DNA of 62,258 nucleotides, counting the filler, from Choristocarpus tenellus KU-1152 (lineage: Eukaryota > Protista > Phaeophyceae), in assembly GCA_964200185.2 (NCBI GenBank). It is 11 parts of 11 records of this genome, joined end to end, with 100 filler letters (N's around TTAATTAATTAA, not from the genome) between each part and the next. Parts side by side here need not be neighbours in the genome. Positions count along the whole stretch, not along the records: positions 48,280 to 51,315 come from CAXNAD020022781.1; positions 51,416 to 58,200 come from CAXNAD020007357.1; positions 58,301 to 62,258 come from CAXNAD020016936.1; 8 more parts are not named here. The stretch is one strand, 5' to 3'. Position 1 is the stretch's first letter, and each line of letters begins with the position of its first letter. Of the stretch, positions 50,251-61,690 are shown one piece after another. The translations under genes and the position numbers were made by a program. The notes below the pieces were generated by a model that made no database searches, was not told the DNA's origin, and was given only the letters and a program-made list of their open reading frames with translations.

Positions 50251-51861
50251 GAGAATAGCCATTGCTCTCTTAAGAGTGGGGTGGTGTTGAACCATCTCAC
50301 CCACTTGAACTGTTCTGTCACTACCCTTCTTGTTCTTTGGCCTTGGTGTACCTTTGCGCATTTTCTTGAATGGTGGTGGCTTCTCTTCTCCTACTGTTCC
50401 TTTTGCTTCCACCCTGTCTTCGAGGGTAGGGTCTAAAGGTTGCCAGTAAAAATTGTTGGTGGGGTTAAGCGGGGGGAAAGGTTGCAGTGAGGCGGGTGTC
50501 GGGTCCACACTAGGCATCTTATCTGGGGCCATCCAACCAGAGGGGGGGGATATAGGCACTGATAGACTTTGATCCTGGGGTCTACTGAGTGGTAGCCAAC
50601 CTCCAACACCTAAGTTACGGCTATGAGATTCCGTGTGGTAACTTTTCAGTGCAGACAGTATTCCTGAGAATGTGGTACCAACTACTCCCTGAAGTAACAT
50701 GTGTGCCCCTAAACTCGGCTCATCATGTGAGGGAGAAGTACACTCTAGCTCTGAATCTACTAAAGCGCAGAGAGAGCAAGGGGATATTGTGGGATGACCA
50801 TATAATATACCTCTCTAAAAATTACTTACCATTTGAATACTACATATACAACAATGCTCCCTTAAAGGTTGGTGATTACAATGTAATATGTATACTGCTG
50901 CTATGCCTCTAACCTAGCTTAGACTTACAAAGGTGGCAAGGAGCTAGGGAAGCATCCCAAGAATCTGACAGATCACTTCTTTCCTATCTGCCTGGCGTCT
51001 CTAGTTTGAAATGCATGACGCATCTCGGGAGAGAGCCATTTGTCTGTGACAGATACTCAACCGAAAGGTAGGCAGGGTTGCATTTTAAGGATACCGAGAA
51101 AGAGCCAAATGATGTCATTTAGTACGATTGCAGAAAGCTGAAATGTGGTATAGCTTCGTGTATAGAAAGAGGGAATATCAATTTTGTACACACTATTATT
51201 TTATTATTATGCCCTCTGACATTTTGCAGATGTGTCAGGGGGGAAACCAATGAAAACTATATATATATATGTATATATAAAATGTCCTAAACATAAGAAT
51301 ACTATAAAACATTGCNNNNNNNNNNNNNNNNNNNNNNNNNNNNNNNNNNNNNNNNNNNNTTAATTAATTAANNNNNNNNNNNNNNNNNNNNNNNNNNNNN
51401 NNNNNNNNNNNNNNNCCCCCAGATACTTTGAGTCTCTCCCCCCCCAAAATCCAACATTTGCTACAAAATTCTGACTTCCTCAGTATTTTCATAGCTCACA
51501 AGTTGCAAATTTGTATCAGCATAGTTTCACAACTTGGGAAATGAAAGACATTTGTTTTACAACATATGCAGTGTCAGTGATGTAGTGTGATGCCTCCTTC
51601 CTCTCCACTATATCAAAAGGAGAATATGTACTCAAAATCAATTTGGAGTAAACTGAATGTCAGTAATTTATCAATATATCCACATTCTTGCATTTGGAAT
51701 CAGTGAAATCCAAATCCAGTATTTGCCGTTTTGTTGGCAGGATCGCATAATTATTATGTCACCATTCTGACAGATGAACGGTCCTTTTTTCTTGGCAACA
51801 ACTGCTGATTATCCCCAAACTATATTTCTGAGGCATTCCAATCCCCCATGACTTAAATGCA

Positions 51862-52512
51862 CATCTGCACTCGCTTTGTGGCTTGTTCATCTTCCTCTGG
51901 TGTCCAATAGATTGGTTGGAGCTGTCCAACCCCTTCCAGTGGTCTATCCCAGTGTCTTTCCTGGGTTATACTGTTGCAATAGTAATAGTAGCCAGTGTCC
52001 AGATCAATGTGTTTTGTGAACACCTGAAAGAGCAAATATCTTCTGTTTATTGGAATGTATAATCATGCTCTTGACAACGTAAGGTAATTAATGAGGATGT
52101 GCAACTCGATCTTCATCAAGATCAGTCAAAAGCATTGTAGTGTTCTCACCTGCGAAGCACCCTGGTGTATCAACGGGAAAATTGATTACAAGTCTTTTTA
52201 GGTTCAGACCAGTTGATAAGCATCTTTTCCATTGCTATATTTACGATGTTGAAGGGTGCAACTCCATACTAGGAGCGCAAAAGTGGTGCGTCACATTAAT
52301 CACGAGACCACGCATGTACATGGTGAACAGTTTCTTACCGCATCTTGACCACCTCGTTTCGAAGTATATCCCCACTGTGTTTGACACTCAAGAGTATTTT
52401 GGTGGTGCTCTATGGAGTGCATGTCATCCACCACTTCCCCCTTCTGGAAGTCTTGGGAAGCCTCCAATCCTTCAAACTCTTCCAGGAATTGACTGGACTC
52501 CAGAACTTGATC
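51862..52512 (-). CDS. WW-domain protein (possibly followed by an IQ motif), internal exons
   Basis: Exon 52512-52339 (58 codons, cag|...|gtaaga) splices in phase 0 to an exon starting at 52023: VFTKHIDLDTGYYYYCNSITQERHWDRP (WW motif G..YYyN..T.e..W..P), then EQATKRVQ. The 5' and 3' limits are uncertain. Confidence 0.72.
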
Positions 52513-53224
52513 CTGCGTACAGTTTTTTTGAGGTGAGAGTGTCCTTGCAAGAAGTCTTTTTATTTATCAACAGTTCCTAGGTAGTTCCTGTGTTATCCTC
52601 CTTAGTCGGACACACACACCCTGCTGGATTTGACCCTCAACTAGAAGTCAAATATATCGGCAAGTAATTTCATTACAGTAATACTCTAAGTCTATTGGAG
52701 AATTCCATAAGATACTTCAACTCGCAACGGTGACTTGCGCACCGTAGCAGAATACGTGTGTTATGTGTTGAAATTTGCCTAGCCGTTTCGTTGCCGTTTC
52801 GTTTGACGTGCGTGGTAGCATCGGACACTGGAGGCTACAGAATTATCCTTCTACCTACACGCAGAATGACAAGTTCTTATGCGGTTTAAAAAATACGCAT
52901 GATTACAGCTGGAGATCGGGAGAATGTCGCATCAGGGCGATGGCCTGAAAGAATCCTTCTCCACGCCTGTCAGCCCTAAGCTTCCGCAACAAGGCAGGAC
53001 CTCGTCCCCACCTCCTAGAAGCGAGTCACACTGACCTCGTTCCCTCAGAACCATTTATTTTAAAAGTACAACCATGTTCGAGTCGTGTTTTATAGATGTT
53101 TGAACTTGAGTGTTGAGCTTCAACTACTAACATTGTGCTCCTGCGGAGACCTTCTTATTGCACCTGAATATCTCTTCAAACCTACTCAAGGGTAATATTT
53201 TTTACATTTTGCACCTGCCAGTAC

Positions 53225-55363
53225 TTGATCGTACTGACTGTCGCTCGTACATCTCTTCCGGCAGAAGGTTCTGCCTTGAATCAAGGGACGTTGCAACGGC
53301 CCGTACCAGGGGCTGTTTTAGGCTCAGAACCGAGACGGAATCTCCAATACGAGCGTGCTAATTCGGGATCAATCATCCATACCGATCTTTCTCCACGTCC
53401 AAGTCGGTATATATCTCCTCGAACAGAACGAGATATTGCACGTGGCAGTCCAGGGGATAAGGAACTGCCAAGTAGTGCACCAGAGCCCGGGGTTAATCAT
53501 GCGTACGCAACTGCTCCCTTCAGGGCGGGAAATCCCGCCACGAAACCCGCAGAAGCATACTCATCGAATATAACGCAGGTATCACCATTGATGTTGAAAG
53601 TTTCTGATGTAGAAGATGGCCATGAACGTGGACTTGTTCTTCAGCAGGCTTCTCATCGACAGAAGTCGCAGGACAGAGTTGAAAAGCCATTTTTCAACAG
53701 CACAATCTGGACTGGGCAACGAGTTAGGCGCGGAGGTATAGCATTGCGGGGGGATTGCAGTTCAGCGCCCTCAGCAGATTCTAGAAGTGTGAGGGATGAA
53801 AAGTCAGGTGAAGCAGGTATTTCAAGAGGGGAAATAGCAAGAAGTGAGGGAAAACTTGGGGATGGGGAAATACGTGGGCCACCATCACACCAAAATGGTG
53901 TTGAGCGGCGTGGGGTTGTGACTGTAGATGGAAAGTGTGCCATTCCAGGAGCCAAAGGCAACAGTCCACATACTGCTGAGGCAGGCAATTTAATGAGGAG
54001 TGCGGCTGCTTTGGACGTCACGCGGATGACATGCAAGCAGGTACAGTTAGAATAGATCACCTTTGAAAGTCAAAGTGGTGAACTGCAAGGATGTGGGAGT
54101 ATTTCTGACAGTGTACTTTACCTTCAGGTTTTGAGCATTGGCTAACAGACAATTTGGCAAATTGCTGGTCACTGCGAGGAAGAAACACTGGGCAGTAACA
54201 TTTTGATCGTCTATGTGGAATCACTGGAGGTGTGGGGTGAACCCATATTACTACCAATGATTCACGTTATGTCCAACAACTATTTGCTCATCTGGGCAAC
54301 TTTCCACTCTCAAAGGTGACTGAATGGTTTGAAATGGAGGACACAGGCAAGAAGATGAAGCACCAGGTCACCAATGTCACTGGTGAGATATAGTGTGCCC
54401 TGGACCTTTCCTGGTGCTCAACATACGCACACTCCAAATATGTCAAAAACCTCCCAGTGAAGGTCTCGACTGTCTGCTTTTCTACACTGCACAATTGTAG
54501 CACAGAAAAAAAGAAGAGGTCATGATACTTGTTTGGAATGCACATTCTTGCCACTGATTTCTTCAGTGGCACATGCACCGTGAATGACAAGAGATGCAAT
54601 TTGATTGTTGACACTGGTACAGCATGCCTTTTTTTTTTGTCTCATAGAGTGATCACACATGGACATTAACTGGGTGCACTATTGTCGTCAAAGACACAAA
54701 CGTGAACAGGGTGGGAAAGAGATTTGATCAAGTCGATGATGAGCCCTGTAAGATTGAGTCGCCCATCCAGCTTGGTGAATGAAAAAAGTGTCAATGACCA
54801 CTTTCTGTCTTTTCTATCTGTCTCCGAATTTGAACAGAACACAGATGCCTACGCTATTTAGTGTTTTCACTGCCTCGCGATGTATTGGAAGGGAAGATCT
54901 AATTCACACCCCACATTCTGCAAGATTGCCTCCTCCAGGGATATTGTTGAGAACCCTAACCCTAAGTGCCATTCGTAAATAGAATTTTCCATGTTGTGAA
55001 CCCTAGGGGGTGAATGACCAAAACAAGCTTCTTAATCTTCCTATGCACATGCTCGAGTAGTTTATTTCTTTGGCACCTATTAACAGAGGGTTTTCTTTGG
55101 CAACAGGGTATGACATGTTTGTGGAGTAAAAAAAAAATGATGTCTTTTCCTCCGATATTAGAACTCCAACAAAGTATGAAACAATTGTCACATCCTCATT
55201 ACAATATGAACTAGGAAAAGACATCCTTCGGGCCCTTCACATGGCCCCAGAAGACATGGCCACCTGGATAGACCCTGTCTCGCATGCAAAGAATCGGAGT
55301 GCTACGGATGATTATCTCAAACCCCTTAGTGATACACTTGTGAGGGACATAGCAGAGAAGTCG
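53225..55363 (+). CDS. Hypothetical protein: long disordered N-terminus followed by a SAM-like domain, partial
   Basis: A large exon ends at 54040 (|gtacag), followed by exons 54316-54382 and 55215-55363 with compatible phases (0,1). The junction reads LDVTRMTCKQ-VTEWFEMEDTGKKMKHQVTNVT-GKDILRAL, reminiscent of SAM (V..W...idG..LL). A possible first exon starts at the ATG near 52924. Confidence 0.6.
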
Positions 55364-55940
55364 GTGAGAAAAAAAGATCTATTCTGTCTCTACTGTAATC
55401 TTGTGGGGAAGAGTGAAAGATGGAGAGGTTATTTCAGTGATCATTACTTTTTTTTTCCCCTTGAATTCTCAACTTGCGCTTACCTTGTTTTTTTTTTTTA
55501 CTGAACAGGTGTATTATTTTTTTCCAGAAAATCGCAACAGAAAATATGACAGTTATGTAAGAAAATTATTCACCGTTTTTCATATCCTCTTGGGATACCC
55601 TCACCCCGGATGCTGAAGTTTTGGTCCATCAATAGTCGAACGAGCCATTCTTAAAAAAAACTAACCCTAACCCTAGCCAATATCACCACTTCAAATGATG
55701 GTGTTACGCAGGGTGAGCTGGAAAATATCCAGGGGCTCAAGCTTCCGTGCAAGACGAACCACCACACACAGGCAAGATCCGAGATATGTAAATTGCCACT
55801 CACTAAGTTCCATGAGAGCAATATTCTATCCCATGGATGACATTCCAAAATCTTTATATCCTACACATTTTTGATTCCTTGATGGGATTTTCAAAAAGTT
55901 GGATTTCAGGCGGCACACCTTTCAAAATTCGAATTCTCAA

Positions 55941-56160
55941 TAGTGTCATCTTGATAGACCGTTTGGATCACCTTGTAAGTTCTGGGTATATCCCAACAAG
56001 GCTGTGTTTACATCAATTATATGGACCCTAACCCTAACCCTAACCCTAGTGTCATCTTGATAGACCGTTTGGATCACCTTGTAAGTTCTGGGTATATCCC
56101 AACAAGGCTGTGTTTACATCAATTATATGGACCCTAACCCTAACCCTAACCCTAACCCTA
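55941..56160. repeat. Perfect 106-bp tandem duplication, each unit ending in (CCCTAA)n
   Basis: TAGTGTCATCTTGATAGACC...TATATGG-ACCCTAACCCT... starts at 55941 and again at 56047. Confidence 0.95.
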
Positions 56161-56625
56161 TCTCGCACCACTACCTAAACCCTAACTCTAATCTGACCCT
56201 CTAGTAACTTTCTTTTATTTTATTTCATTTTTTTATTTATTGTTCTTGAACGTAGTCAGCAAATGTTTTCTTTTTTCTCTCTTGATCAGCCACAGTGACA
56301 GAGCCAAACATTTTCAATTGGGCAGCCAATAGTTACACAATAGACTTCGTACCTCCTATGAGTCCTATCGACCTTCTTCTACCCTCCGCCTCTTGGAAAG
56401 GAACGCGGTGCCCTCAAGAAAATATAAAAAAACTAAACTCTACCAATTTTGACTGAAAATCAGTTTTTTCCCTAAACCCAAGGGTTGTCTTCAGGACCGT
56501 CAGATTCTTTTGTTCATTTGCACCACAGCTTTTCTTTTTTGCTTTTCTCATAGTACAAATTTATTCTTCATTCGGAAAAAACGGAGTGACTCTTAACTGT
56601 TGCAGGTTTGATTGAACCATCCCTT

Positions 56626-56682
56626 GTAACTGTAACTGTAACTGTAACTGTAACTGTAACTGTAACTGTAACTGTAACTGTA
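56626..56682. repeat. (GTAACT)n hexamer microsatellite
   Basis: About 9 perfect units. Confidence 0.95.
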
Positions 56683-56727
56683 GTTTCAGCGTGCTAGAGT
56701 ATCTCGGAAGGGGCTACTTCTCTATCT

Positions 56728-56992
56728 GAGCCAAAGTATCTTAGAGGGTAGGTTCGCGTCCATTTGGGGGCCAAAATCCAATGTTGCGATTTTGATGTAA
56801 TTGTGGCTATTGTGTTCGTTAGGAAATGTCACTATCCTTGTTCTGGATACACCTTTTCATAACATATACATTTTACCTACTCCGAAACATTTTGGAATGG
56901 GAAGATGTCATAAAAAAAAAACCGAAGGAAGCCAAGCCCCAAATGGACAAACAGGGCAAAACTAGTGCCCTAACCCTAAGATACTTTCACTC
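56728..56992 (+). mobile_element. MITE family B, complete copy with a telomeric micro-insertion in the right TIR
   Basis: GAGCCAAAGTATCTTAGAGGGTA ... GCCCTAACCCTAAGATACTTTCACTC. Confidence 0.92.
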
Positions 56993-57253
56993 AATTCTGC
57001 TTGAAGTCTGCAAATGTTGAGGGTCATTCCATGGGGCATGTTATTCCTGCCAAGTCAAAGATAGCATGTAACATACATATATATATATTGATTAGCTATA
57101 CATGAAGATGCCAGAGCTCAAGAAGTCTAAAGTATAACATCTATACCAATGCGATAAACAAGCTTTGAGACCATATGCAAGTCCTTTTCTTAGCCAAAAG
57201 GTCTGCAATAGCTTTGTGGAACTCTACACTTTTTGGGAGGTCATGCGCATGAT

Positions 57254-57478
57254 GATTCAAAGCATCTTAGAGGGTAGGGCCGTGTCCGTTTGGGGGTCAA
57301 AATCCAATGTTGTGGTTTTGTTCTAATTTTTGCTATCGTTTTTGTTAGGGTTAGGGTTAATATTCTTGTTCCGGGCACACCTTTTCATAACCTATACATG
57401 TCATTAATAACCCATGGGAAGCCAAGCCCCGAATGGACAAACAGAGCAAAAGTCGTACCCTCTAGGATACTTTCACTC
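57254..57478 (+). mobile_element. MITE family B copy with an internal deletion and a telomeric replacement
   Basis: GATTCAAAGCATCTTAGAGGGTA ... TACCCTCTAGGATACTTTCACTC; TTAGGGTTAGGGTTA at 57345-57359. Confidence 0.9.
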
Positions 57479-58300
57479 ATTATCCAATCTACTACTTGAA
57501 GCAAAGTACAAAACAACTATTGATTACTCATGTTCTACCTACCAATACCTATCTTGAACAAAAAATAGGCAAATGCGAAATCTTGGTTGCAAGGAAAGAG
57601 TTGTAGTAAACAAGAGGTATCCAGAGTTGCGTTTTAAGGATGATAAACATTTGTGCAAAACATGTCTATTTTTTGTCAAATTCGAACAGGATACTACCCT
57701 CTGAATTGTGTCGGAATCTTTCATGCGATAGAGACAAATTAACGTTCTCAAGTCAAACTCAGCACTCTCATCCATAGAAATATGAGTGGATTGTGAAAGA
57801 TAAAAAAAAAAAAGTGGCTAAAAAAGCAAAACGGTCAAAACCTGGCTACCTCTCCTTTAGTTTGGTTCAAGCGACACGCCAGCTACGCACTGAATACACA
57901 GGTGTGGTTAGCTGTGATGAAGCTGATTGCAAGGGGTTGTGAAGCTGGTTCTGGCGTACTGCGTTGCTTGGTACGGACGTTATTGTGGCATCTGAGGCCA
58001 AGAGGATCAAGAGGTGGTGTAAAGGAGCTCAGTGTCTATGCGGACTACCTTAGATTCCTGCTTGTCCCTTCTGAGGTGAGTGAGGTCTTGTGAATTGGCT
58101 CGAAGTATCTGGGGGGGGGGGGGGGGGGGGGGGCCCACCTGGCCTTTGGGGGTAATTTTTTTTTGTCGGCGTTTTTTTGGTTTTTGTTTTTGTATGGGGG
58201 NNNNNNNNNNNNNNNNNNNNNNNNNNNNNNNNNNNNNNNNNNNNTTAATTAATTAANNNNNNNNNNNNNNNNNNNNNNNNNNNNNNNNNNNNNNNNNNNN

Positions 58301-61300
58301 TCGTGGGGAGCCATCAGATTTGGCCACAATAGTAACAGGACTACCCCAAGGGCTGGCACGTTTTTCAATAATGCCTTGCTCTTCCATAGTATTAACACAC
58401 GAGTCAATTACTTGTTGAGTACGGGGGTTTGCTCTGTAAGGGTTCCTGTCAACAGGTTTGGTACCAGGCTCAGTTGGAATTTCTGCTTCAGCTAGGGTAC
58501 ATCTGCCTAGTTCTGCTGTATTCAACGAAAATATCGATCTATAACGAGCACAGAGAGGTCTAAAAGTTGTGACACTTGTGACTGATTGAACGTGGTATCT
58601 TTGAATGCGTTTGACTTGGTGAAGGCTTGATTTAATTCCTCTCTAGCTTTACTGAATGGAGCAGAATCAGTATTTAGAGCACTAACAGTAATTAGTACCT
58701 GATCTGAAATAAGGATTAAGTGACCTATCACAAGATGCTTCTTGATACGTACTTTCCGTGTTGTTGGATTTGCCATTCGAACCAATACTGATCTATTACT
58801 TGCTGACCAAGTACAGAGCGTGCGAGCAGCTACGATACGATTCCATGGATGTGTAGGTTCAGTGGTTTGATCCACAGCAGGCATGGAGTGTATGACTGGC
58901 TCCACTACTACGGCAGTATCCAATGACGGACTAGTATCAGTTGTGCAACGTATGATGATTTCATGACCAGCTGGTATGTTATACTGTTTATGTACACGAA
59001 CAGGTACAGGGTCAAAATACATGTTGCACACTCACCACAGAACACGAACGATTTGTACTTGTATCACGTACTTGAGTGGGGCTCCTTGTCATGTGATGTC
59101 TTGCTGGAGTGGTACACGAACTGTTGTGAAATGAAAGACGTTGTTCTTGCCAATCAAGGATTGCACCGAAGGCCTGAATAACACTATTATCAAGAAGAAT
59201 TTTATCGGGACCGAGTTCGGGAATCACTAAAGCTTCAACTGGCGATGTGGTGTCACCAAGTGTAAGTGCAAAACGAATAAATCCATGAATATGCAAAGGC
59301 GAACCATTTGCTGCACGTAGATTTATTGCACCAGGTGGGACAGGATGCACATCAAAACGATTCAATTGAGGGTGGTTGCGAACAAATATTTAAGAAATAC
59401 ATGGTACATCACTGGCTGTGCCAATTTTCGAGTCATTTTCCTCTTGTTCTTCAACGGTGCCAGATACTACACGAACTCTTTGTGATGAAAACGACAAAGG
59501 TTTGGGCATGGATGGGTATCTGCACAAAGAACTGTTGAACCAAGTTTCATTATTATTACACGAGTTTGGTTGAACTAATGGCAAAGAAAATGCTTAGTGA
59601 CACGCGTGCAGGCAATAAACGATGCCTGCAGGGCAAGAGGTGTGACTGGTATCAACCTCTGACGCTTGCCACTCCCTACGATGGTGTCAACAACGACACC
59701 ATGGCTGTTCCCAAGTGGACAGGAGTCAAATCCAACCTGGGCATCGCTAGGGACGCGGACCATAGTGGCCAGGTGTTGACTCACTGTCCTCACGAACACG
59801 AACACGTCTGCCACGACCCCTGCCTCTACGACACAAGTATGGCAAGCGAGCACCCCGTGGATTGTCCAGGCACAACTGGGTTTTGTGACCCTCACGAGTC
59901 GCTGCCTGACAACCCGGGTGCTGGCACACACTATTTTGCTGATCCATGGTGCATGTCGAGTTGGACGGTGAGGCTGAATTATAGGGCGATGTGTCTTGTG
60001 GTCGCGTTGGTCTGTCAGTGTGCCCGGCTGAGGGAGGTGGACCCGCCGACGACCGAGCTGGGGCCCTGTTGAGGGTTGCCCCTCCTGCTCGGTGACGTTC
60101 CACCTCCGTACGTAGCCGTTTGCACTCTCGTTGCGATTGCTCGAGTTCGCTACGAGAAACCTGTCCACGACAAGAATTGTGAGTCACAGCACTCGTGTAA
60201 GTCATGGGGTTGGGGTTATGGCCAGACAAGTGGCTAGCTTCATGCCGTTAGGCACGGTCACGAGCTTGTGCAAACGAGGTGGCAGGTTCGTCCCGAATCT
60301 GTTCAAGACGAATCGATGGGAGTAAACCATCTTCCATCAGCGTAATCTTTAGTTGCTCGACAAGCAAAGCTTTCGTGTCAACTGCATCTGAGGACGACGT
60401 TGTGCGATGAACATCATCCAAAAAACGATTCATTGCTGTGGTGCAACGTAAGGTATACAGATCAACAGTCTCATTCTCCCCCTGTTTCAGAGACGTTAGT
60501 CGACGAGCTGATACACTTACAGCATGGGCAGGAGTGAACGCAGTGATAAGGGCTTTCTGGACATCCTCCCAAGTCTTTGGTGGTGTAATGGGGATGGGAG
60601 TGTCAAGAGACGATTGTAAATGAGCCCCATCGCTGGTTCAACGCCACTCGACTGTGCCTCCCAACGCCTCAAAGTAAAAGGTTTCACCTTGAAGAATTTT
60701 CGTTTTTTATTCTACACATCGAGCATTGATTGTCTCAGGAGATGCGGAACCATACTGCCTAGAGTGCAAGGAAATTGTCACGTGCCATTTGGAAAGCAAA
60801 AGTGGCAAATTTTCCTCTCCCGAACCTGTCATGACAAGACCAGATGGAATTTCTGAAGCGAAAAACCTGAAACGACTCGCTTCTGACATTGATGATAGGC
60901 GTGCGAGCTGCTACTCTGTTCAACAGATCTTTCTTGATCGGAGTCCATTCCCCAAGCTTGAAGCTTCATCAAATCCTGAAGCCATCCAGGAGGCACCCCG
61001 TTCGTTCTGGCGCACTCGTTAACGTGGTGCGCGATGAACGATGGCACAGCATCTCCGAACTGTGCCTGTGACATGGCCACCTCACAAATGGTCGAACTTG
61101 GTGGTGGAACTGGTTCTCCATGGAATAGGACCCGACGAGTGTCACGGTCGCCCGAGCTAACACAATGCTCTAGGGTCGACGACACGGGTCTGACATTCGC
61201 CTGTCGATCTGTGAAAGGGGAAGAAGGGGATCCACGTCTTCGTTCGGCATATTTTGTCCGCGGTCAAACAGAAATGCCCTCTCACCCTATCTCTGAGGAC

Positions 61301-61690
61301 ACCGGTGTCGCCAATGTGAATCGTGTGATTCTGTGGCGGTGTGGTTCACTCAGGCAAGGGTGACGAAGAGAATCACCGGGCTAGACGGACCACACGAACA
61401 AGGACGAACCGTGACCGAGGGTACGAGGTTAAGGTTGGTCAAGTGCAAACTTAGGAGTGATGAGCAACATCAAAGATGGGGCTTCATCATCAGTCAAGAC
61501 ATGAGAACAAAAAGGATCTTCCATGTGTAACAACTTGAATGACAAGTTGTCCCGAGTCTATGGGGTTCGTTCGTCACATGAAGAACTTCCATGGTTTCAT
61601 TCTAACGGGAAAAGTCCGTCAGTGAAATCATGGACTCTTGACTTGGAACCTCGCACATTCCCCTCTCCCAGGTAACACGCTTTTTCAACA
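58301..61690 (-). mobile_element. Ty3/Gypsy LTR retrotransposon, 5' half (LTR-PBS-gag-protease-start of RT), decayed
   Basis: The 5' LTR spans 61690-61315 (TGT...ACA) and is followed by the PBS TGGCGACACCGG. Gag-like fragments lie at about 61200-59750, an aspartic protease region (LRAANGSPLHIHG...EALVIPELGPDKILLDNS) at 59365-59012, and the RT N-terminus (PYRANPRTQQVI...MEEQGIIEKRASPWGSPVTIVAKSDGSPR) at 58525-58301. Confidence 0.93.
61300..61313 (-). promoter_or_regulatory. tRNA primer-binding site of the Gypsy element
   Basis: One base after the LTR-terminal CA the minus strand reads TGGCGACACCGGTG, complementary to a tRNA 3' end ...GGUGUCG-CCA. Confidence 0.75.

Noticed and set aside
52140-52580. 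146-aa plus-strand ORF
   Set aside because: It has a GTG start and no recognisable motif, and overlaps antisense to a well-bounded minus-strand exon of the WW gene.
56025-56200. True chromosome end
   Set aside because: The tracts are only 4-5 units long and are flanked by ordinary sequence on both sides.
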